DNA from: Chrysemys picta bellii
Lineage: Eukaryota
Assembly: GCF_011386835.1 (NCBI RefSeq)
Contig: NC_088795.1
Coordinates: forward strand, 7,068,001 to 7,132,000
Reading direction: 5' to 3'
DNA: 64,000 nucleotides
Program-made: the position numbers and the translations under genes
Part shown: piece by piece, positions 1-9,700 of the stretch
Layout of the letters: each line of letters begins with the position of its first letter
How positions within the stretch are numbered: the stretch's first letter is position 1
Notes under the pieces: model-generated
Database searches by the model: none
The model's input: only the letters and a program-made list of their open reading frames with translations
What the model was told of the DNA's origin: nothing

Positions 1-71
1 ACTTCTGGGGTTGTGTAGTAATTTTTGTTGTCAGAAGGGAGTCATGATGCAATGAAGTTTGAGAACTGCTG
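1..71. mobile_element. Right end of a non-autonomous hAT-type DNA transposon, cut by the window edge
   Basis: Ends in AAGTTTGAGAACTGCTG, the reverse complement of a CAG..GTTCTCAAACT terminal inverted repeat typical of amniote hAT MITEs; the left part lies outside the window. Confidence 0.4.
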
Positions 72-2029
72 CAATAGACAATCGTGACCCTGAAGATTAT
101 TAATCTAAGTAGACAAGACAGACAGAAAGGGGGAGGCAAGGAGTCTTAGCCTCCAAAGCCCATCCTTCCTCCTAAAATAGCTTTTAAAAAGTAAGCCCCA
201 TTCTGTTGGAATTACTCAGCTGAGCTACCCATTCAGACAATAAACTGTCCTTGAAACTGTCCTTGTTCCATGCAGGTTTGCTTTGGGATACAAATAATCC
301 TTTCCATAATGCCAAAGAGCCCAGCCTGCTGGAGGAACTGCTTTCTTGCTGGCATTGATAGTTGGTAGGATAAAAGGGGACCTCATCCTTCCTGATCTTT
401 CTGTTTGTGCCTGCTGGCCTCCTGGCTTAAACAAAACAGGGTCTATGCTTGGGAAATAAACTCTACAGAGGCCGCCTTAGCCTTAGCATTGCTGAGTGTT
501 GGGCAAGCCTGACGTGTGCCTTTGGAGAAACAACCTCCTCTGAATCACATGCGGTCTCCTAGCTGAGTACTGCTTGAACTGTAAAGAGATCTGTAGCAAG
601 AACAGCCCACTGGTGTACAAAGCCTGCCCTGAATGACACTTAGGGCACGTCACGAGAGAGCTCTGTCTTTGCCTCAGTGATGCACGTTATCCATGTGACA
701 CACTGCTGCTTGTTTCATATGAACATCTCCTAGAAGACTGCCAGAAACAGTTGTAGGTTTTCCAATGGGTGCATGGATCAGAAATTGGTCTGTTCCCTTT
801 CCTCCAAAGTATCCTCTTGATTTACAGATCCTTCAGAGAATGGCCACACCCTCAGGAGGAGACCTCCTCTCAGAACTCTGCTTGCACTTGAAGTGGAGGG
901 ATGTCTTTGGCTTTGACAGTATTTCTCACATATACTGTGGGTGGGATTTTTCAAAAGTGCTGCACGTTGGCCTAACTCTGCTTCCATTGAAAGCAATGGT
1001 GACAACCCTGTCATTTACCTTACTGGGAGCAGAGCTAGGCCAAAGCTTGAGAGCATTTGAAAATCTCCCCATAACTTTTCTTTCCTTGAATCAGTTGTTA
1101 TACAAATGCGTGTATGTATAGGCAATTTTTTTCCTTACCTGAATTCCATATACCTGCCTCTATTTCTTCTCTGAAGTTGGCATGCCTCATTGACGTTTAC
1201 CTCAGGTAAGGAAATGTATAATTACCACTGAACTCAATGGGAGTATTTAGTGGACTGTATAACTTCGCATTGTGGTCAATGGAAGAAGTGCAGACGGGGA
1301 CTCTATGGCTGCTACTGTGCACGTATAAATCAGCCTCCCAAGAGTTTTGTCACTTAAAACCTTAAAGGATTTGAACATTGGTTTCTGGACGCAGTACTGT
1401 TAGTGTCAGAAACTCACTGTGCCACATCCCAAGAAGGCGAAAGCACTGTATATCGTGCCAAAGACTTGTAAGCCACACCCCCTCTAATGAAATCTACTTA
1501 CACATTTATGATCAGGTCTGGCTCTTTTTTTATTAAAATGACACATCAAGCCCCATCGGAGACAAAGTACTTCAATGAAATGTGCTCACATGCAATTCTT
1601 AAGCAATTACAAGTGACAAACATAACTGCCCCCAAAAAGCTGTAAAGATTTTTTTTCTACAGTATAGCACTATGGATTTTGGGGGAAAAAATCTGTTTAA
1701 TTCTATGCACAATGGTCCCATTTAAGTTAATAATGCTTCTAGATTTATTGCCATACTAAGGAGTTCTCCCCATTTTTAAGAGGACCATTGTGATCTAGTC
1801 GGACCTCCTTACACTAAGTCTGGCTTGAACATCTAAATGCACCCACAGAATACATGGTTTGGCTTTTAAAAAAGATCACCTTTTATTTCTGTTATGTCTC
1901 TAACAGTACTGTATTGCCAAGTATTTTGGCAGTGTCCTACAGTTGGTGCCAGCAGGAATGAGTACTGTGCTTTATAAATTAAGGACCCAATTCTCAAAAA
2001 GCTACATTAAAAGAAATTGGCATCAAGCA

Positions 2030-2130
2030 GGCAAATCAGGAAATACTAGAATTAAGGTTACCCATGCATCCATAATATGCCCCCCTTGTGCATATGCTTT
2101 CCAATACAGCCTTTAATTACGTGATCACAT
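2030..2130 (-). repeat. Unclassified old interspersed repeat, related to 42862-42980
   Basis: The reverse complement shares the ordered motifs TGTGATCA(C/T)GTAATT, GCACAAGGGGG and AACC(T/A)TA(A/G)TTCT with 42862-42980. Confidence 0.4.
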
Positions 2131-2334
2131 AGTATTTTCTCTACAGGAACATGCATGGGGTGGAGTGGGCTCACTGAATGGATAGCTATTCAATATCTTT
2201 TTATGCTTTTCATTCACTGTGGTCCAGGCCTTATTCACTGCATGCCATTCAAATCCTTCACTGAGTATGGACATTATTTTCTTCTGGCCACTACTACAAT
2301 GAAGAGTTCCATAGCACGTGAATGCTTCAAACAT

Positions 2335-2440
2335 TAATGAATTTATCTTCACAACTCCGCTGTGAGGGAGCTGAGTATTATCCCCATTGTATAGATGAGA
2401 AACAGAAGCGTGGAGATATTTAGTCCAAAAGTGACACAGA
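2335..2440 (-). mobile_element. CORE-SINE (MIR-like) fragment
   Basis: TATTATCCCCATTGTATAGATGAGAAACAGAAGC resembles the reverse complement of the CORE/MIR central domain. Confidence 0.5.
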
Positions 2441-2534
2441 GGGCCACTAATTTCAAGAGCTTCAATGAAGTGGGTGTCTAGGGCCCTTCTTCTCATCCCG
2501 CCCCCAGTGGTGAGTTGACTGCATTCAAATTCCT

Positions 2535-2610
2535 TCCTAGATTCCAAGGCCAGAAGGACTCTTATGATCATCTAGTCTGACCTCCTGTATAACACAAGCC
2601 AGAGACCTTC
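2535..2610 (-). mobile_element. CR1-type 3' tail fragment
   Basis: AGGCCAGAAGG...GATCATCTAGTCTGACCTCCTG is the reverse complement of the GGAGGTCAGACTAGATGATC...CCTTCTGGCCT CR1 3' end; similar tails occur at about 39630-39700 and 63886-63965 on the plus strand. Confidence 0.55.
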
Positions 2611-2622
2611 ATCTGCAGTGGT

Positions 2623-3325
2623 GAGCAGAGCTACATGAAATCCTTTTTCAGAAAGTTTAGTTTCCAAAAAATGGAGTTTCTGTTGACCAAAAAATGAATT
2701 TTACACATTTGCCAAATCATTTTGGCCCCATTTTTTTAGGGCTTTTGATGTGTTTTCACCAGATGGTTGGAGGATGTTCTCTCCTTTTTTCCTCTCAGTC
2801 ATTAGCCCAATGCTTAGGGCATTCACCTGGCATGTGGGAGATCAGAGTTCAATTTCTCACTTTACCTGGTGAGGTGGAGAGATGAATTTTAATCTCCCAC
2901 ATTACAGACAAGCACCTGGGCCCGCTCTGGGTATTTTAGTGTGGGGCTTCCCTCTCTCTCATGTTGAATCTGTTCTACTCTTTATAAGTAGAGTAAGTAG
3001 ACCAGGAACTCTCATGTGATCAGTGAATGCCTTCATCACCAGGCTAAAGTTCTCACTCTTTCTTTGGTATTATGAATGACTGTGTATTGCAACTCAGAAT
3101 GACCTCTTCCACCATCTCCTTGTCCCAGCCAGTTTGTGACTCTAATCCTTTAAAACTATGAAAACAAAATGTTTTGGGTCTGACATGTAATTTTTAGCCC
3201 AAAATGGAATTTTTTCAATTTCAATTGCTGAAATTTTTCTTAATTTTCAGGTTCAGTTCCACCTGTTGCTGGTTTTTTTTTTTCCAGAACTGTTCGCAAA
3301 CTAACAGTTGTCTACGGAGCTCTAG
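2623..3325. mobile_element. Decayed non-autonomous DNA-transposon-like element with an internal tRNA/SINE-like segment
   Basis: Degenerate termini (CAGAGCTAC ... GGAGCTCTA), T/A-run-rich subtermini and a tRNA-promoter-like segment at about 2800-2860; no clear TSD. Confidence 0.35.
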
Positions 3326-3399
3326 TTTTGAATACACAGCATTTCTGAAAGTGAGACATCAGGTGTCTCAACTTGGTCACCCAGAGAATGAGGAACATA

Positions 3400-3941
3400 T
3401 GTGGAAGCAGAGAAAAGAACTGACAGAAGGGAACTGCAATGCATGATGGTTGTTAGCAAGAGTCAGGCTTCGTAGAAGGGAACTGCAATGCATGATGGTT
3501 GTTAGCAAGAGTCAGGCTTCGTTAGCAAGAGACAGTCTTTGTTAGCAAAAGTCAAGCTAGCTGTGACCCTGATAACCCTGATAACGCGAGATTTGTAGAA
3601 GTGAGGATTGTGTGAGACGGGTGAGAAAGAACTGTGTAAGAAGTCATTGTGACCTCAGTATAGATAAGGTGTAGAAGACCTTGTGTAGATAAGGTATAGA
3701 AACTAATTGTATGTAGGCAAGAGTCAAAACAAGTAAGGAAATGAGATATCAAGATGGCCTATGTATAAACAAAATGCAGCTGTCCCTCATTATTTCTGTA
3801 ATGAAAGGTATAAATGCTTGCTGTAATTAGTTACCAGAGAGAGACCTGCTTAGCTCTCTCCCTCTGCACATGTGAGAGTTAATAAAGCTCTGACTTGCTG
3901 TACCTAAACAAAAATAGTGAGAACTCAGTTTTTCTCCGACA
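3400..3941 (+). mobile_element. Solo LTR (ERV-like), 542 bp
   Basis: TG...CA termini, imperfect terminal inverted repeat (TGTGGAAGCAGAGAAAA versus TTTTCTCCGACA), 4-bp TSD CATA (3396-3399 and 3942-3945), TATAAA at 3809-3814, AATAAA at 3881-3886 and tandem repeats in the U3 part. Confidence 0.85.
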
Positions 3942-4727
3942 CATACAACCAGTGAACCACACTCAACGCTTTGCTTACCATCACATAAGGGGTATCAACC
4001 CTCTACTTCAGTCACTACATGCATTCCTGCCTCTGCTGCACATAAGGCAGGGTCGTATGACAACAGCAAAAGACCCCTCATGACTCTCCTGCTATCCAAT
4101 TTGAAGTTCCTGTTCAAAACACTAGATTCTTGTGATGTGGCTAGGGTTTTTTCTGTTTTGATGTAGGCAGCCATGCATCATTACAATGAAATCACAGAAA
4201 AAAAAAATCATAACACCCAATAAATCTACTTGGAATTAATTCTGAACATTTTTCATTGCCAGTAAGTGGTAACAAGCCTCTATCCAGGAATCAGAACAAG
4301 TTTTTCTTATTTGCTTCCATCTGTCATGATCTGAATGCACAAGGCACCCAAATTGCTTGAACAGAGCATTGATCGGAGCTAAATTTGGAATGCCTGCTTT
4401 TTTGAAGGTGTCCCCAGTTTAAACATCTAATTTCTTTACTGGGAATCTCAGCCCTTTGTAAAAAACCTGCAAAAGTATACAATGACCTACATTTCTATTT
4501 GAAACAGTACTGATTTTCTGACTTGTCCATTCCTTTAAAAGTGACTGTTAGAGAGAGACCTCTCTTGTATATAGCACTCTATATGCATGTAGACAGTTGG
4601 CTAAAAGAATATGCCATCTACTAGCACACAGGGCTAGAGTCTGAAAAAAATAGGTGGGGGTGAGGCTGAGTCTAGTCACACCCAAATTTAGGTACCAAGA
4701 AAAATCACTGGGATTCACACAGCCTGA

Positions 4728-5013
4728 GGGTACGTCTATACCCAGCCGCTAGTTCGGCGGCTGGCAATCGAACTTCTGGGTTCGACTTATCGCGTCTTGT
4801 CTGGACGCGATAAGTCGAACCCGGAAGTGCTCGCCGTTGACTGCGGTACTCCAGCTCGGCGAGAGGAGTACCGCGGAGTCGACGGGGGAGCCTGCCTGCC
4901 GCGTGTGGACCGAGGTAAGTTCGAACTAAGGTACTTCGAACTTCAGCTACGTTATTCACGTAGCTGAAGTTGCGTACCTTAGTTCGATTTGGGGGTTTAG
5001 TGTAGACCAAGCC
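4728..5013. mobile_element. PIF/Harbinger-type MITE, young and CpG-rich
   Basis: TIRs GGGTACGTCTATA / TAGTGTAGACCAAGCC, 3-bp TSD TGA (4725-4727 and 5014-5016), four internal hairpins, many intact CpGs. Confidence 0.85.
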
Positions 5014-5989
5014 TGAGTCTGGCTCCTTGTACAATGAATGGGGAGAGATGGGTGACTCAGAATGGGATTCATAGAAGCCAGCACGCTGGGCAGCTCCTTG
5101 CTTAAAGTAGCCAAAGCAATACTGCCAAGCCAAGGAGTGTGGTAACTCTCCCTCCTTCTGAAAGAGGTGCCTAAATCCAGGCTGCAGGGAGCCGTCTCCC
5201 TCTGCTTGGGATTCAGATACAAACCCTCCGTAGAGATCAGGTGCCGCAGCTGGCTCCGCACTTTGGGTAAATAATGAAAGAATCATTGGCCAGAGAAAGC
5301 AACCACAAGAGTGGCTCTCTAGCCTGGTGGCATGAGCCCACACCTGGGAGGTGGGAGACCCAGCTGCAGGTCCCCCTGCTCTCATTACTGCTTTTTAAAA
5401 TTATTGCACAATGGAACAGCTTAGTCATGAGACTGAAGGACCCATGCATCAGCATATCCCTTAGCCCAAATGGTGAGGGACTTGCTGGACAGAGGGTAGG
5501 TCCATGTTCAAATCCATTTTCCCCTCAGGTGGAGGGGGGACTTGAACTTGGGGGTTTCCTACATCGCAGTTGAGTGTCCTAATGGCTGGGCTAAGAGGCA
5601 ACTCCTCCTGCTTTGGTCATTCTGTGTAAGCCCCCCTAGAGGGGGCCTTGATCCAGTAGGCAATTTCTGAGCCTATCTACTGGATTGGACCCCATAGGCA
5701 AGTTAGATGGAGGCATGTCCATCTTTCCCCAGTTAATGTGTTGCTCTGGCCTGTGTCTGCATGCCTGGTTTGGGGCTGCAGTGCACATGGGCAGAGGCAG
5801 AAACATAGGCACCCAGGGACTATTTATGCCAAACATTTGGGCACCAAGCAAATGTAGGTAGCAGGTGAATGGGTGCTTTGTGAATCCCAGTGGGGCCTGG
5901 TTCTGGGATATAGGTACCTAACTGCCACAAGCCCTGTTGTCAGTCTAGCCCATAGTGTGTAGCATTCATAAATCAATAGGTTCAATAAA

Positions 5990-6209
5990 GTTGTGCTGGT
6001 CCCAGGGTATTAGAGAGAAGGTGGGTGAGGTAATATCTTTTATTGGACTGACTTCTGTTGAGAGAGAGAGAGACAAGCTTTTGCGCTACACAGCCCTGAA
6101 GACCTCTGTGTAGACCCAAGGAAGACCTCTGTGTGACTCGAAAGCTTGTCTCTTACCAGCCGAAGTCAGTCCAATAAAATAGGTTACCTCACTCACCTTG
6201 TTTCTCTAA
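5990..6209. mobile_element. ORF-less palindromic Penelope-like pseudo-LTR derivative (family B) with a decayed hammerhead motif
   Basis: Inverted arms about 6011-6095 and 6125-6209 (AAGGTGGGTGAGGTAATATCTTTTATTGGAC versus GTCCAATAAAATAGGTTACCTCACTCACCTT); central CTGAAGA...CTCGAAAGCTTGTCT remnant with a GAAGACCTCTGTGT duplication. Confidence 0.7.
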
Positions 6210-6689
6210 GGTTATCTTGGTTGGTTGGTATTCACTGCAACTGGTATCTGGTGTGCAGCTCTTAACACAGTGCTTCACCAATGTTATCTGGAGCCGTGGA
6301 CCAGCAACTCAGCAATGCGGGGTGAGAGGGAAGCAGAGGTTCTTGAAGTTTTAATCCTCCGGTTTTTCAAGTGGAATGGTTACACTGAGCACATGGAGTT
6401 AAATACTGACTCTACATATGCATAAGTGTCTGCAGAATTGGAGTCTTAACATGCTCTTTGAACTCCTGACATCTCTGGCGTCCAGCCAGGCCTTAAGCTT
6501 GATTTCAGTCTGGCAGTCATCAGCAGTGCTCTGAGAAAGGAGAGAATCTTCTAGTTCCCTTTCCATTAAGAGGAGTTGGTGAACAGCACGGAGTTCCCTC
6601 TTCAAAGGGCTGGATACTCTACCCCATGATCCTTCTTAACGAGACACGACACTGTAATAATACAGTAATCCCTAGCTGGTATCTTCTGC

Positions 6690-6830
6690 TTTTCACCAGT
6701 AGATACCAAAGTACTTTACAAAAGAGGTCAGTATCACTGTCCCCATCTTACAGAGGGAATAAGCTCAGACATGGGGAGTGACTTGTCAAAGGTCACAGAG
6801 CAGGCCATTGGTAGAGTTGGGAATTAAAAA
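6690..6830 (-). mobile_element. CORE-SINE (MIR-like) fragment
   Basis: CCCCATCTTACAGAGGG...GAGTGACTTGTCAAAGGTCACA is the reverse complement of the CORE domain TGTGACCTTGGGCAAGTCAC. Confidence 0.6.
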
Positions 6831-7929
6831 GGAGGTGCCCATAAATATTGCTGTAGCATTGATTTCCTGTGTTTTGTAGGCTCAGTAAATCTTGCTGTTG
6901 TGCCCTGCAACTGGCTTCCTTTGTTCAGAGCTAGTATAAAGGGCTCAATCAATAACCACATGCTAAGCACCACTTGCACCGTTATGATATACCAACATGT
7001 AAACAGTGTTGTCTAGGAATGCTTTGGATTTGCTCATGTAAACTTGGCAGGGGGTTGAGGACCTGGAATGTCTTAGGAATTGTAGTCAGTGGCAAAGCTG
7101 ACTAAACAAAGACAGATCATTCAATAGGAACACATTTCTGGAGAGCAAAATGAATGACTTAGAGCTTTCAGAAAACACCTGTCTCTTGAAAATTTGGACA
7201 TGGCATTGAAGGGGACACTATTATTCATGCATTTGATAGAGGTGTGATCGTCTCTCGTGGGTCAATGATGTATACAGCATGAAAGGTGAACTTGTGTTCA
7301 GCCAATACATAGGTTGGCTCAGTAGCAAATTGCTCTGGCATTATTGTTTCTCTTTGGGCACATGCTATATTACATTTTTATGTATTTGAATAAGGGTTAA
7401 AATTTTCTAGAGTTGACTAAATTTCATAGTTACGCTAAGGTAGCTTGTCAGGTCATTTAGGCCCCAGATTTATGGTTTGTAATAAACCCAACTTGTATAA
7501 AATTTAATATGAACACAAATATTCTTATGAAATTGTAAATCATTGCAATGAATAGTTCCTTGCAGTGTTCTAGATCCAAATAGAGCACTGAGTGTAGTGT
7601 GGGAGAGACAGAAAGTTAAACTGACCTGTCTAATGTCACTGACCTACCTGAGGTGAAGGAATCAGAAATGGTTAAATGAATTTTATCTGAGTTAAGAATT
7701 TAAGGTTATCAATAACTGCCTGGCTGGTAGTGGTCTAGTTGCTTCCAGTGATTAGGTGTGAAGGCGTGGCTATGGCCACACTACTGTGCACAGCCAACTA
7801 TCAAGACCGCTGTGTGGAAGCTGACTTCGTAATTTCATCTTGAAGCAGTATCAAACGCTGACTAAAGCCAAGACACCTCTTTTCTGAAATAGTTGCGTCT
7901 CTCAGTATATCAGGCATAACCTTTCTAAA

Positions 7930-8216
7930 GGCAGGTCTACACTACCCACCTGAATCGGTGGGTAGAAATTGATCTCTCAGGGATCGAATTATCGCATCTC
8001 GTCAGGACGCGACAATCAATCTCCGAATCGATGCTTCTACTCCACCAGCGGAGGTAGGAGTAAGCACCATTGATGGGGGAGCCACGGAGGTCAATTTGCT
8101 GCTGTCCTCACAGCAGGGTAAGTAGGCTACGATACGTCAAATTCAGCTATGCTACTCGCATAGCTGAATTTGCGTATCTTAAATCGACACCCCCCCCCCA
8201 TAGTGAGGATGTAGCC
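7930..8216. mobile_element. PIF/Harbinger-type MITE, older relative of 4728-5013
   Basis: TIRs GGCAGGTCTACACTA / TAGTGAGGATGTAGCC, TAA flanks (left side has one extra A), same order of four hairpins as 4728-5013. Confidence 0.8.
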
Positions 8217-9239
8217 TAAGGAACTGCAGCAACAGGTGGTGTGGGACTAGATCTTGGATCAATGGTTCACTTCTTGGCAGATAGACAGCTCAGGTCTGCA
8301 TCTCCTAGTCTCTCTGGATCAGCTCTTGCATGCCCCTCATATGGCTGTTCTGAACTGAAAGAGCCATCTTTGTTACAACAGGATATGTTGTGGTCGTGGG
8401 CAGTTTAATTTACATTCTTACTGTTGGGGTTTCTGGAGTTCCCCACCCTCCCCCTATGGATCTCAAGAACAAGCAGCATGCCATATGGTTCTGGACTGCC
8501 CTCTTTATCACCTGGATGGATGCGCTTGACTTCTGAAGCATGCTTACATGATAATGGCCACATCACTTACCCAGCATCTATCACGGCTCCTGCCATCAGA
8601 AGCCAGAAGAATAGCTGGAGCCAGTTGAATAACTTATTTGATGCATTTCACAATGTCTTTTTCAAACTATTTGACAATCCCCCATCATTATTCATGCTGC
8701 TGCTTGTGTAAATTACAGTAGAGTCTAGAGGATCAAAGTAAAGTCAGGGTCCTTTGTAGTAAATGTTGGACAAATACATAATCCCCCCCCCCCCCTTGAA
8801 GAGCTTGCAATCTAAATAGAGTCAAGGATGGGGAAGGTACCTAGCAGTGGAAGAACTTGTTCAAGGTCACATTGCCAGAGCAGGGTATAGACACAGGTCT
8901 CCATGGTGCCAGGCCAGCAACCTAGCCCCTGTCACATACCAAACTGGACACATATATTTGCAAGTTATTTTGCAATGTAATAACAGTTCACCCAGCTGCA
9001 CTGGGAACAAAGGTAAGGATTTCTTTGTTCTCTAGTAAAGAAAGAGAATTGAAAAGGACACTGCCCACTCACATCCACAGCCATGTGACCAATCACCTAC
9101 AATAAATTATGTAGCTGATATGGGTCCGGATACTGGTGCTTATGCATATATGGAATCCTCTCTAAACCATTGGGACTCTGCACAGGCACAAGGACCTGTA
9201 AGCATAGATCCAGTTGTGGGATGTGGCTAAAAGACAAGA

Positions 9240-9700
9240 ATGGGATTCAATGGCTGACTTTTTGTCAGCATGGCAAAAGGTAACCGCTGGGGGCATCAAA
9301 AGCCTGTATTAGATGCAGTGTGGGTTAAAATCTATTAACCCTCTGGTAAGGAAGGGGTAAGAAATAAGGTAGCAAAATAGTCAATCAGATTAAGCTTAGT
9401 CTTACAGAGCCTGAAGAACTTCACAGGGACTTAACAAAGGTAGGTGAATGGGCAACGCAACAAAATACAAAGTTCTGGGTTGATAAATGCAAAGTAATGC
9501 ATGTTGGAAGGAAACCTTGGAATTATTTATTGACCTTAAATAAACTGTCAACCCAGGAAAGGGATCTGGGCAACATGGACAACTTAGTGAAGACTTCCAC
9601 TCACTGAACCACTGAAGTCAAAGGAAAACCAGAACTAGGAGAATAAATGAGATAGAGAAGAAAGATCAGGAGCTGTAGGTCGGACAACACAAGGGGATAT
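9240..9700 (+). pseudogene. Heavily decayed CR1-clade RT fragment
   Basis: GAAGAACTTCACAGGGACTTAACAAAGGTAGGTGAATGGGCA...GATAAATGCAAAGTAATGCATGTTGGAAGG translates to EELHRDLTKVGEWA...DKCKVMHVG, matching the CR1 RT segment seen as DLDKLEDWA...DKCRVLHLG in the young copy at 25604-26920. Confidence 0.65.

Noticed and set aside
3425-3560. Direct repeats resembling a CRISPR array
   Set aside because: The repeats are tandem with no unique spacers and lie inside a eukaryotic LTR; no cas genes are present.
4705-5385. 226-aa minus-strand ORF
   Set aside because: It runs through the GC-rich Harbinger MITE and unrelated flanking DNA, has no recognisable domain, and stop-codon scarcity is explained by the GC-rich palindromes.
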